From a virus (taxonomy: Duplodnaviria; Caudoviricetes): a stretch of DNA of 64,000 nucleotides. The notes beneath the pieces are model-generated. The model saw only the letters and a program-made list of their open reading frames with translations, was not told the origin of the DNA and made no database searches. The DNA is taken from IMG/VR virus record IMGVR_UViG_3300026094_000002; one strand, given 5' to 3'. The position numbers and the translations under genes are program-made. Position 1 is the first letter of the stretch. Every line of letters begins with the position of its first letter. Shown one piece after another: positions 36,013 to 43,929 of the stretch.

Positions 36013-36660
36013 TTAACGGACTAAGCAATTATTTTTTATAATTTCATAGTCTCGCTTGTATGTATTCTGTATTGCATTACGAAGATTATTATCTTTTTGA
36101 ACACGTTCAGTAAAAAACTGTTTTAGTTCTTTTTGTTGTTGGTCATCTTCGCTTTTGTTAAAATCAACGTCAGGTGGGATGGGATATACTAAATTTAACT
36201 CTTGTTTCAAATATTGTTCAAAATTATTTCCAATATACATATATTTTCTTTTAGCATCGGGTAAAATGTTTTCAAAAAAACAGTGCTGGGGCCATACGTG
36301 ATCATCAAATATATCTAAATTATCTTTTATAATTTTTTCTGTTAAATCTGTATATTTTATTTTAAATTCTCCAAAACCTTCTGGATCATCAGATTCTAAA
36401 ATATTTCCTTTTATATATTGTGAAATACCTGAAATCCATCTATCAAGTGGGTCTCGCATTACAATTATAATTTCATTAACATTATTCCAATCAATTACAC
36501 ATCTTCCTACTGTTGTTGATGTCCACCCAGACAAGAACATCCAAGAAGTAATAAAACTACTAGCACTTTTTGGAATGTTAATATAAAATTGTGTCGCATC
36601 TGGAGATATGAATCCACTGCCATACCCAAAATCTCTACGCTCAATATAAAAATCTAACAT
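36013..36660 (-). CDS. Sulfotransferase (Sulfotransfer_2-like)
   Basis: 5'-PSB motif INIPKSASS, 3'-PB motif RDPLDRWIS, H..PQ and Y..D. Confidence 0.8.
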   Translation of the reverse strand: MLDFYIERRDFGYGSGFISPDATQFYINIPKSASSFITSWMFLSGWTSTTVGRCVIDWNNVNEIIIVMRDPLDRWISGISQYIKGNILESDDPEGFGEFKIKYTDLTEKIIKDNLDIFDDHVWPQHCFFENILPDAKRKYMYIGNNFEQYLKQELNLVYPIPPDVDFNKSEDDQQQKELKQFFTERVQKDNNLRNAIQNTYKRDYEIIKNNCLVR

Positions 36661-37391
36661 TATTGTGTATATGCTGGCAGAATATAGTTGTATTCTGCAA
36701 TACCAGAATTTACAGTGATTTGTGCAACTCCACTATCACTAATACGCATAGTCTTGTCGCCAACCAAATCTAATATACTAATTACTTGTTTTACTTTATA
36801 AAGCCAGCGTCCTTTAAGATTGCCAGTGACCCCGGGATGAAAAACAAATTCACCTGCGTGAGTACTACGGTCACCAAACAGAAACTTTAAATTTCCAGAG
36901 TCTGTAGCGACTTGAAAATTTGGTTCTTCCGAGTTGGCTTGTGCTTGCATTTTGAGACGCTGAATACCAGCCATCGTTGGTTCAAATTCCACGTCCCAAT
37001 TTGCACCTTTGAACTTAGGCGTTTTTAGTTTCTCTGCAATAACCTCTTGTGCCATGAAACGATAATCGTTTTTAAAGTCACCAATCGCATTTTCAAAGTG
37101 AATTCCGACTGGAACGCTCTCGCCATTGCGATTCTGATGACTAACCTCTATATTAGCGTTGTCACGATACTCAGATAGGTTAAGCAAAATCTTTAGTTTT
37201 GCGAGGTTTGGCATACCAAATGTTCCCTGAAACTCGCTCATAGGCTGTGAATATTTTGCATCCACAACAACAGACCTATCTTCAGCAACTGCACTAATAG
37301 TGGTATCACTTGCTGAGCCTGTGATTTTAACAAGGTCAATGCAGCCAAGGTCGTATGTATGTTGTACTAGATCTAATAATTGATCTCTCAT
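36660..37391 (-). CDS. Putative DNA sliding clamp (gp45-like processivity factor)
   Basis: 243 aa with a repeated beta-alpha pattern, ends YILPA; adjacent to the polymerase genes. Inferred from size, pattern and context. Confidence 0.55.
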   Translation of the reverse strand: MRDQLLDLVQHTYDLGCIDLVKITGSASDTTISAVAEDRSVVVDAKYSQPMSEFQGTFGMPNLAKLKILLNLSEYRDNANIEVSHQNRNGESVPVGIHFENAIGDFKNDYRFMAQEVIAEKLKTPKFKGANWDVEFEPTMAGIQRLKMQAQANSEEPNFQVATDSGNLKFLFGDRSTHAGEFVFHPGVTGNLKGRWLYKVKQVISILDLVGDKTMRISDSGVAQITVNSGIAEYNYILPAYTQ

Positions 37392-37405
37392 TTTTTCTCC
37401 AAATA

Positions 37406-38365
37406 TTAATTGTTTTTGTGGTTTTGTTTAATCCGAGCCAGTGGTTGACCGCCTCTTAGTGAATTTAGTACCCCCGGTCGACGCACCTCAATCCATGACA
37501 GCGTTCCGTTAGAAGTGACATTGTCAATAATTTCAAATCCAATGGTTTTTGCGATTTCTTTTACTTCATTTCCCGGCGTATAACAGTCATAGTTATGCTC
37601 ACTGTTCCTAGCCCCTTCAGGAAAGTCGCAGTTGTTAAATGTAAATATAAACATTCCGCCATCTTTGAGTAATGAAAAAACTTCGTTAAGGTATCGTTTA
37701 ATTGTTCCTAATGATTTTTGATTAAAAAATTCTGTTGCGACTATCAACCCAAATTGATTATCAGGAAACTGTTCAAATATGGGTTTATCTATATCTGATA
37801 TTGTTTTAAATCTCAACCGTGAACGGTAGTGTTCATTAAAAGTCTTTTTAATAGGTTCAAGCAACTCTTGGTGTATATCTACCAAATATAGTGGGTCTAA
37901 GTCAACTATATTTCTTGTCCATGTTCCGTTGCCCGGTCTTATGTGCATACCGGGATATTCCCAGTTACTATATATTTTACATCTTTCAATGAATAAAGAT
38001 TTTGTAAATTCGTGGTGTGTTTTTTCTCTGTCAGAAATCTTCTTTAATATTTGTTCTGGTGAATCTGTATTAGATGCTTGGTCTAATTTAACGCTCATTT
38101 CCCTAAGTTCGCCATCACAGTCTCGTATAAGAGAGTCAATATTTTTGATATATTCATCAAGTGCATCTACTGAGTCGCTTGATTTACTTTGTATATCAGT
38201 GAGTGTTGCATTTAAATTAGAGTTATCAATTTTGGTTTTTGATTTAACAAAATCTATATATGATTTAAATTTTTCAATGCTGTCGGAAAACTCTCTGACA
38301 GAAATTTGCCATTTAGTGTCAAGCAATAAGTTTTTTAAATTGATTAATTCACTGACTTTTTCCAT
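37406..38365 (-). CDS. Class I SAM-dependent methyltransferase with N-terminal coiled coil
   Basis: PGMHIRPG, LYLVD, FPDNQFG and LLKDGGMFIF motifs. Confidence 0.7.
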   Translation of the reverse strand: MEKVSELINLKNLLLDTKWQISVREFSDSIEKFKSYIDFVKSKTKIDNSNLNATLTDIQSKSSDSVDALDEYIKNIDSLIRDCDGELREMSVKLDQASNTDSPEQILKKISDREKTHHEFTKSLFIERCKIYSNWEYPGMHIRPGNGTWTRNIVDLDPLYLVDIHQELLEPIKKTFNEHYRSRLRFKTISDIDKPIFEQFPDNQFGLIVATEFFNQKSLGTIKRYLNEVFSLLKDGGMFIFTFNNCDFPEGARNSEHNYDCYTPGNEVKEIAKTIGFEIIDNVTSNGTLSWIEVRRPGVLNSLRGGQPLARIKQNHKNN

Positions 38366-39351
38366 TAGAATTCAAACATATCCTGAAATGTATTTTCTGT
38401 GTTTGTGGTACTAGACAAATCCCACTCTAGAACACCCAGTAAGTTGTCTAGTTTTTTATCAATAACTGTTGCTTCCATATCAGCATCATCAAACGGCAAT
38501 TCTTTGAACCAGTCAGGCAACCTTGACTCATCTGTTGGATATGCAATAGAAGTCCATCCAAGTGCGTTGGTCTTTAATTTACAAACAATAACCTTCATAC
38601 CGTCCATGATACTCATACTGTAATTGTCTGAATTCATCTTTTTCATATCGTTCCAGTTCATTGCAGCACGAACATGACCCGGCATATTTGTCTTTCCATT
38701 ACGCTTCTCACGCTGACTGTACATAGTCAGGTTATTAACACGCTTGGGTGAACCTTTTTCCCAGCCCGGTCGCTGTGTAAACTCTTTCTTGAAATCACGA
38801 ATTCTCTCAATGACTTCTTCTGTTGTTGCTGCATCTAGAACTGTAGCAAGTACTTCACTTAAAAAGTCTTGTATCACCTTGGGCGTGTCTGACCTTTTAA
38901 GATCCAAACCCATTGGTTTTACCTTGCCCGGCTTACCATTTTTATCAAGTCGCTTGCCTTCATTGTCTACCACCATGACTGCATACCGTTTCTTTTTAAT
39001 AAACAATCCACGAGAAGCGACAATTTCACGAGCACACTTTATAAGTTGCCCCATATGGCGAGGACTGTGGAATGCTTGTTCCATAAATGCAGGGAAACTG
39101 CTGCTTACTTGATCAGCAATGCCATCATAAAGTTGGATAACAGTTTCTTTATCCCAAGACATCTCGCCAGATTCAACTTCGTTTTTAACCATCGGCCATG
39201 CTGTAAAATAACAACTATCAGTATTATGTAAAAGTACGTCATTGCCGAAGAAAAATGGATCACCATTCGCAATGCTTATATCATAAACATATTCTTCGTC
39301 GTTACTTTTAATCTCTTCAATGGATTTTATTTTTTCTCGTACTATATTCAT
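38365..39351 (-). CDS. DNA polymerase B, C-terminal part, fused to split-intein C fragment
   Basis: 43-aa IntC ending LLHN, then TDSCYF, KKKRYA and KPMGLDLKRSDTP (PolB palm/thumb). Confidence 0.93.
   Translation of the reverse strand: MNIVREKIKSIEEIKSNDEEYVYDISIANGDPFFFGNDVLLHNTDSCYFTAWPMVKNEVESGEMSWDKETVIQLYDGIADQVSSSFPAFMEQAFHSPRHMGQLIKCAREIVASRGLFIKKKRYAVMVVDNEGKRLDKNGKPGKVKPMGLDLKRSDTPKVIQDFLSEVLATVLDAATTEEVIERIRDFKKEFTQRPGWEKGSPKRVNNLTMYSQREKRNGKTNMPGHVRAAMNWNDMKKMNSDNYSMSIMDGMKVIVCKLKTNALGWTSIAYPTDESRLPDWFKELPFDDADMEATVIDKKLDNLLGVLEWDLSSTTNTENTFQDMFEF
39223..39351 (-). mobile_element. Split intein C fragment (IntC, 43 aa)
   Basis: Block F YVYDISI and block G FFGNDVLLHN, followed by Thr+1. 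Confidence 0.92.
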
Positions 39352-39361
39352 GTGTACTAGC

Positions 39362-40465
39362 CTAATTACCAGTTATTTTATTTAAATATTGTGTGTTTTT
39401 TGCTTTTCTGGTGCGTATATCTGAGTTACAAGAGCATATGCTATGAGGACAGGTGATCGTTTTATCAGGCCATCTTATATCGAAGTCAGATATGCGTCCA
39501 ATAGGACCACCAGCATAACAGAATCCTCTGTATATAAATCCATCATAATTTATATAAATACAATCAATACCAATGTAACAATGCCACCCCATAAAATTTG
39601 CCAAACCATTGCTCAATAATACAAGAGAATTTTTTTCTTCTGTGTGTGATTTGTAATGTACCCGTGTATCTTGCCATTCCTTCAAACTTTGATATTTTTC
39701 TATTATTTTTAATTCTTCTTTTGTATAATATTCTTTTATTTTTTTATTTGACGATTTTAATCTATGTAAATTTTTGTAAACGTTAGTTTTTATATCAAAA
39801 TATTTCTTTTTTTCTTTATATTGTTTTCTAGATATTTTTTTCTCACGGTCAGGGTCAATTTCAGGCAGATTGATTTTGTTGATAGTAAAATTTATTTGTT
39901 TTTCATTGAAAAATTTAACAATATCAGGAATATTTTTAACTTTTCCTGCTGCAGCCATTACATTGACATTTATAAACATAGATGTATTATTGTTAATATA
40001 AACTATTTTTTCTATAGTTTTTTCTATAATTTCTTCAGATTCTTCTATGTGTAAGCTAATTGTCATATTGGATAAATATCTACTAGCCTCTAAGTATGTG
40101 CCCAACTCTGCACTTCCATTAGTGACTACTCCAATTGAATATGTATTATTTTTGCTATCAATATATTTTAGTACATCTAAAAAGTCAGGATGAATGAATG
40201 GTTCACCGCCCGTAAAATCTATTTTAAATTTTTTGTCATTTAATATCGTCCAATGACTTATACTATCTATGGTTTTTTTAATATCTTCTATTGGTAAGTG
40301 TGGGCTAAATGAATCATGGGACCATGAAGGACAATATGAGCAATCATAATTACATCGTTTCCCAATCATCCAACTGACTGTTAAAACTTTTGGATCTTTA
40401 TTTTTGGCATGTTCTGGGCTTTCAAGAGAACTTATAGAAACAATATTATTAAGTTGAACTGACAT
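39362..40465 (-). CDS. Radical SAM protein with C-terminal twitch/SPASM-like Cys cluster, located between the polymerase halves
   Basis: CNYDCSYC, FTGGEPF, VVTNGS and C-terminal CYIG...C...CPHSICSC; TAAGTA motif 6 nt upstream. Confidence 0.9.
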   Translation of the reverse strand: MSVQLNNIVSISSLESPEHAKNKDPKVLTVSWMIGKRCNYDCSYCPSWSHDSFSPHLPIEDIKKTIDSISHWTILNDKKFKIDFTGGEPFIHPDFLDVLKYIDSKNNTYSIGVVTNGSAELGTYLEASRYLSNMTISLHIEESEEIIEKTIEKIVYINNNTSMFINVNVMAAAGKVKNIPDIVKFFNEKQINFTINKINLPEIDPDREKKISRKQYKEKKKYFDIKTNVYKNLHRLKSSNKKIKEYYTKEELKIIEKYQSLKEWQDTRVHYKSHTEEKNSLVLLSNGLANFMGWHCYIGIDCIYINYDGFIYRGFCYAGGPIGRISDFDIRWPDKTITCPHSICSCNSDIRTRKAKNTQYLNKITGN

Positions 40466-40507
40466 ACAAAATACTTAGTTTTTTAAAAAATAGAATTTTT
40501 ATTCTTT

Positions 40508-42685
40508 TTAATTTTTTTCATCTGTGTATGTTATAAGATAGTCATCAGTTTTCAATTCTAAGGGAGAAACTTCTAGTGTAAATCCATCTCGATCAATTAT
40601 TAAACTATGGTCTTCAGTAACAATTATTTCTTTTCCAGTTTCACTAGTCACTTTATATTTTTTCTTTTTTGTTTCATGCCTCATGACATAAGATATTTTA
40701 CGCCATACCGCCTGATCATCGTGACTATTGTAACCCAAGACTTCATAAGAATCATAATCAGAAGTGGGGATAGCATATTCCTTATTTCCATCTTGAATTA
40801 CTTTATATGAAATTTGATTAAATAATTTCTCTATAGGAATAGAGCTACCATCGGAAATTTTAATTAGTGTATCGCCAGTGACACTATCTCCGTATATTAT
40901 TGCATCACCAATATGGTCATATTCTCCAGTAATACACTCATTGGTATAGGCATCCATATGCTTGGCAATTGATCTTCCTGTCAGTGTCGTAGATTGTCCA
41001 ATACGCTTATCAAAAAATCTACATCCCGGGTTTAGAATGGCACCATAGAGAGAGTTAAGATTAATCTTCTTAACCAACTGTCGCTTATCCCAATATTCAG
41101 TATCAGCTTCTGTGTTGGCCTCACCTAATTTTTTCTGTAACTCTTTTCTTTCTGCATACCATCTCTGCAAAAGACCGGGTATAACGCCATCAAACTCATA
41201 TGTAAAAATGGTTCCATTGGCACTTAATGCCCATGGTTTGTTTGAATCAAAAATTAACTTCCAAATTTCTGCAGCACTATATGTTTCTGATTCACCTGAC
41301 TCCCAGTCAATAGTAATTTCGGTTCCTATTTCTTGATCCATAACTGCAGTATATTCTAAGGTAGCAAAAAGTCCCTCCCATGCAGCAGCAAATCCCATTC
41401 CTTTTTCCATGCGACTTTTTATTAATTGGTCAGTCATAATAGGACGAAGTTGACCTGCGATTGTTTCTGGACCCATGTTCAACGCCCGAATGACTGATGG
41501 GTACAGACTGTTAATATCAACAGAACCAATCCAATCATGCATTCCACGCTTCGGGTGTGCCACATATGCACCAGCGGCTTGCATTTCTTCAGTAGATAAA
41601 TCTTTTTTACGGTTGGGAACTACTAGTCCCCTTTCATGTGCTTCGTTAATAATTGCCTGTTCTGTAACGGCAACAGCACCCATTGTAGTAGGTAGAAGAA
41701 CAGTGTTTTCGTGTGCTAGTTTGTTTGCAAGATCTAAGAATCTTAACTTTTTGTCAATCTGTGCAAGGCCACGAACATCCTGTCTATTATATTCAATGAA
41801 TGTTTCAAAGTTTTGATTATATAGTTGATCAAGAGTCCCTTCATATACAGTTTTGGAGCCAAGATCTTCGTAATCCAATATGGCATCAAGACTGTAACTA
41901 TGCCTTTCTTCGTATGTGTATTTCCGATACAACTGCATATAGTCCATATGCACCCGACCAACAAGGTCAAATGTAACTTGTTCAGCACCGAACCTTTCAA
42001 ACTCTCTTTGCTTTGGCAATTGATCCCATAGACATAGTTTTCGCGTATCATCTTTGCTTAGGACTTTTGTTATACGAAGGACAGTGTATGGAATATCATA
42101 TCCCTCTGAGTTCCACCCAGAGAGAACATCGGCATCTTGAATAACTTCTAAAAACGCCTCAAGTAAATCTTCTTCACGCTCAAACATAAACGTGTCGTCA
42201 AACTTATCACCGATTTCTGTTGCAGTCTCCATACTCATATGCTTTGGTGGCATAGCAAACGTTACCAATCTGTCTAGCCAGTCTAGGTAAACGGTAATGG
42301 CAGTGATAGGCGTGAATGGATCGTCTGGACGCGAGTAACCCCGCTCGGGATCAAAATCAACCTCAATGTCAAAAAATGCAGTATGAAGAGTTGGTGCTTC
42401 AGCGTTTAAATAATTATCTGCTAAACACCGAAACACAGGGTTAATATCAGCCTCATACAACTGTTTTCCAGCGTGTGAGTTTTGCTCTCTTCTAAATTCT
42501 TTATTGCTTTTTGTGCTGAATCGGCTTACAGGAGTGCCGTAAATGCTACGGAACTTTCCTTTTGGGTCATCATAGTAAAACACATAAGAGGCTGGATATT
42601 CTGTATAATATCTTTCATTACCTTCTCTGCCGACTACGTGAATGCGATCTCGTTTACGATCAAATAAACAATCAATATAAGACAT
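40508..42685 (-). CDS. DNA polymerase B, N-terminal part (3'-5' exonuclease plus palm/fingers), fused to split-intein N fragment
   Basis: FFDIEVD, GWNSEGYD, YSLD, YNRQD, SVDINSLYPS and KINLNSLYG motifs; ...IIYGD is followed by the intein. Confidence 0.95.
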   Translation of the reverse strand: MSYIDCLFDRKRDRIHVVGREGNERYYTEYPASYVFYYDDPKGKFRSIYGTPVSRFSTKSNKEFRREQNSHAGKQLYEADINPVFRCLADNYLNAEAPTLHTAFFDIEVDFDPERGYSRPDDPFTPITAITVYLDWLDRLVTFAMPPKHMSMETATEIGDKFDDTFMFEREEDLLEAFLEVIQDADVLSGWNSEGYDIPYTVLRITKVLSKDDTRKLCLWDQLPKQREFERFGAEQVTFDLVGRVHMDYMQLYRKYTYEERHSYSLDAILDYEDLGSKTVYEGTLDQLYNQNFETFIEYNRQDVRGLAQIDKKLRFLDLANKLAHENTVLLPTTMGAVAVTEQAIINEAHERGLVVPNRKKDLSTEEMQAAGAYVAHPKRGMHDWIGSVDINSLYPSVIRALNMGPETIAGQLRPIMTDQLIKSRMEKGMGFAAAWEGLFATLEYTAVMDQEIGTEITIDWESGESETYSAAEIWKLIFDSNKPWALSANGTIFTYEFDGVIPGLLQRWYAERKELQKKLGEANTEADTEYWDKRQLVKKINLNSLYGAILNPGCRFFDKRIGQSTTLTGRSIAKHMDAYTNECITGEYDHIGDAIIYGDSVTGDTLIKISDGSSIPIEKLFNQISYKVIQDGNKEYAIPTSDYDSYEVLGYNSHDDQAVWRKISYVMRHETKKKKYKVTSETGKEIIVTEDHSLIIDRDGFTLEVSPLELKTDDYLITYTDEKN
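40511..40885 (-). mobile_element. Split intein N fragment (IntN, 125 aa)
   Basis: Block A SVTGDT directly after YGD; block B IVTEDHS (TxxH); ends at the stop codon; no endonuclease domain. Confidence 0.92.
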
Positions 42686-42690
42686 TCTTA

Positions 42691-42747
42691 TCCTTTTGTC
42701 GCTTATGGCCGACTAATACCATGATTCATATTCGTAATGTGAGCGAC
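42691..42747 (-). promoter_or_regulatory. Structured 5' leader of the polymerase gene (candidate translational operator)
   Basis: GTCGCT/AGCGAC outer stem closes 2 nt before the AAGGA RBS; inner ATGGT/GCCAT stem. Confidence 0.4.
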
Positions 42748-42767
42748 CCAATATAATGCGTGTTAAT

Positions 42768-43025
42768 TTAAAGAGTTTTGCCAGCAGTAGTTAGGATTGT
42801 TTCAACAAGTTCATGATCTTCTTGTTCTTGTGTGAAACTTGCTTTATGTGCAAGGCGAATGGCCTTCTTGAGAACAGACGGCTTAATATCAAGTTCTTCT
42901 GCAACTGCTTTAACAGTATCAGTAAGGCCAGAGTTAAGGGATTCAACTTCGTGCATGACTTGCATGCCTTCATTGATAATTTGAACAATCTTGGTTTTTT
43001 GCTCTTGGTCGAAGTGGTGTGACAT
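42768..43025 (-). CDS. Small dsDNA-binding protein (T4 DsbA/GapR-like), putative
   Basis: 85-aa helical protein with VAEELDIKPSVLKKAIRLAH; strong early promoter. Confidence 0.55.
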   Translation of the reverse strand: MSHHFDQEQKTKIVQIINEGMQVMHEVESLNSGLTDTVKAVAEELDIKPSVLKKAIRLAHKASFTQEQEDHELVETILTTAGKTL

Positions 43026-43057
43026 ATTTTTCCTCTTATCAGTAATATAATTGCAAG

Positions 43058-43086
43058 AGTATATAGTATTGTGTTAATAATGTCAA
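43058..43086 (-). promoter_or_regulatory. Near-consensus sigma70 promoter (early) heading the dsbA-like/polymerase/clamp operon
   Basis: TTGACA-17 nt-TATACT, then AGAGGA RBS. Confidence 0.85.
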
Positions 43087-43103
43087 TTGATTTTTTAGTG
43101 AAT

Positions 43104-43190
43104 AAAGTGCTCACTTTGTAAAACAGGGTAGCAGTCTATTTTACTGGCAGCAGCCGCCTTTTCACAACCCAAACGGTCCTAAGGGTTGAA
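43104..43190 (-). ncRNA. Putative multi-hairpin structured element
   Basis: CAACCC/GGGTTG, GTAAAATAG/CTGTTTTAC (with a G:U pair on the minus strand) and AAAGT/ACTTT stems in an intergenic gap. Confidence 0.4.
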
Positions 43191-43191
43191 A

Positions 43192-43437
43192 CTATGAATA
43201 TCTTAAAAGCCAATATGTGTGTAACTGATCAAGTATGTTTTGCATTGCAGGATCTGTTTTTGCCAATTCAGAAATTTTTAGAAATGTTTCGTAATCTATT
43301 TTTTGTTCGTTTGTGGTGACAGATATTTTTTTGCGTAAACTACTTCCCGGTTCCCGACGATAAACAGTTCGCCCACCATCTGTACTTTCATAGATGTAAC
43401 GGATTTTTTCTGATGTTGGAGTGCCAACCTGTGCCAT
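43192..43437 (-). CDS. Hypothetical phage protein
   Basis: 81-aa ORF (YIYESTDGGRTVYRRE). Confidence 0.7.
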   Translation of the reverse strand: MAQVGTPTSEKIRYIYESTDGGRTVYRREPGSSLRKKISVTTNEQKIDYETFLKISELAKTDPAMQNILDQLHTYWLLRYS

Positions 43438-43443
43438 AATAAA

Positions 43444-43929
43444 TTAATCTGTTGCTTTACTGGTGGTCAAATAGACTTTTATTTTGGGTTCTGGCTTAGA
43501 TTTTTCTTTTGCATTTTGTTTAATTTTGGTTGCCATTTTTTCTGCACGATTCATTGCAATAGGTGAAAAATCTGATTCACCGGGAATAACTTTCCACACT
43601 TTGCCATTTATTTCTATAGCAACATTTTTTGGTTTGCCACGCATTTGGGAAGCCTCGTTCATCCCACGCTGGGATTTAAGTTGGTCTAACTCTTGTTGAA
43701 TGCGATCAATTGTTTGCTCAGCAGTTTCATTTTCTTGACTTAATCGTGATATGTCACGGCGATCCATTTTCTGACTTCTGTCAAAGTCATATAATAAGGC
43801 TTCAAGATCATTTTGAGCACCGGGATTTCTAACCCGCAATTGGCGAAGAATACGCTCCATACGATCAGATGTTGCTACACCAGTCGCTGGACTTTTTTCT
43901 TCGTCTTCAAAAAGGTCTTGTATATTCAT
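43444..43929 (-). CDS. Hypothetical protein, possible internal head protein
   Basis: N-terminus MNIQDLFE; internal MNE|A site; charged coiled coil. Confidence 0.6.
   Translation of the reverse strand: MNIQDLFEDEEKSPATGVATSDRMERILRQLRVRNPGAQNDLEALLYDFDRSQKMDRRDISRLSQENETAEQTIDRIQQELDQLKSQRGMNEASQMRGKPKNVAIEINGKVWKVIPGESDFSPIAMNRAEKMATKIKQNAKEKSKPEPKIKVYLTTSKATD

Noticed and set aside
39362-40465. Homing endonuclease associated with the intein
   Set aside because: No LAGLIDADG, HNH, GIY-YIG or PD-(D/E)xK motif is recognisable; the protein is clearly radical SAM.
38365-42685. Polymerase pseudogene or frameshift
   Set aside because: Both halves are intact, carry complementary intein blocks at the break and together give a normal-length PolB.
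16937-43161. Shared 12-mer GCAGCCGCCTTT in the 16.9-kb terminator and the 43.15-kb element
   Set aside because: Only two copies in different structural contexts; compatible with chance among GC-rich stems.
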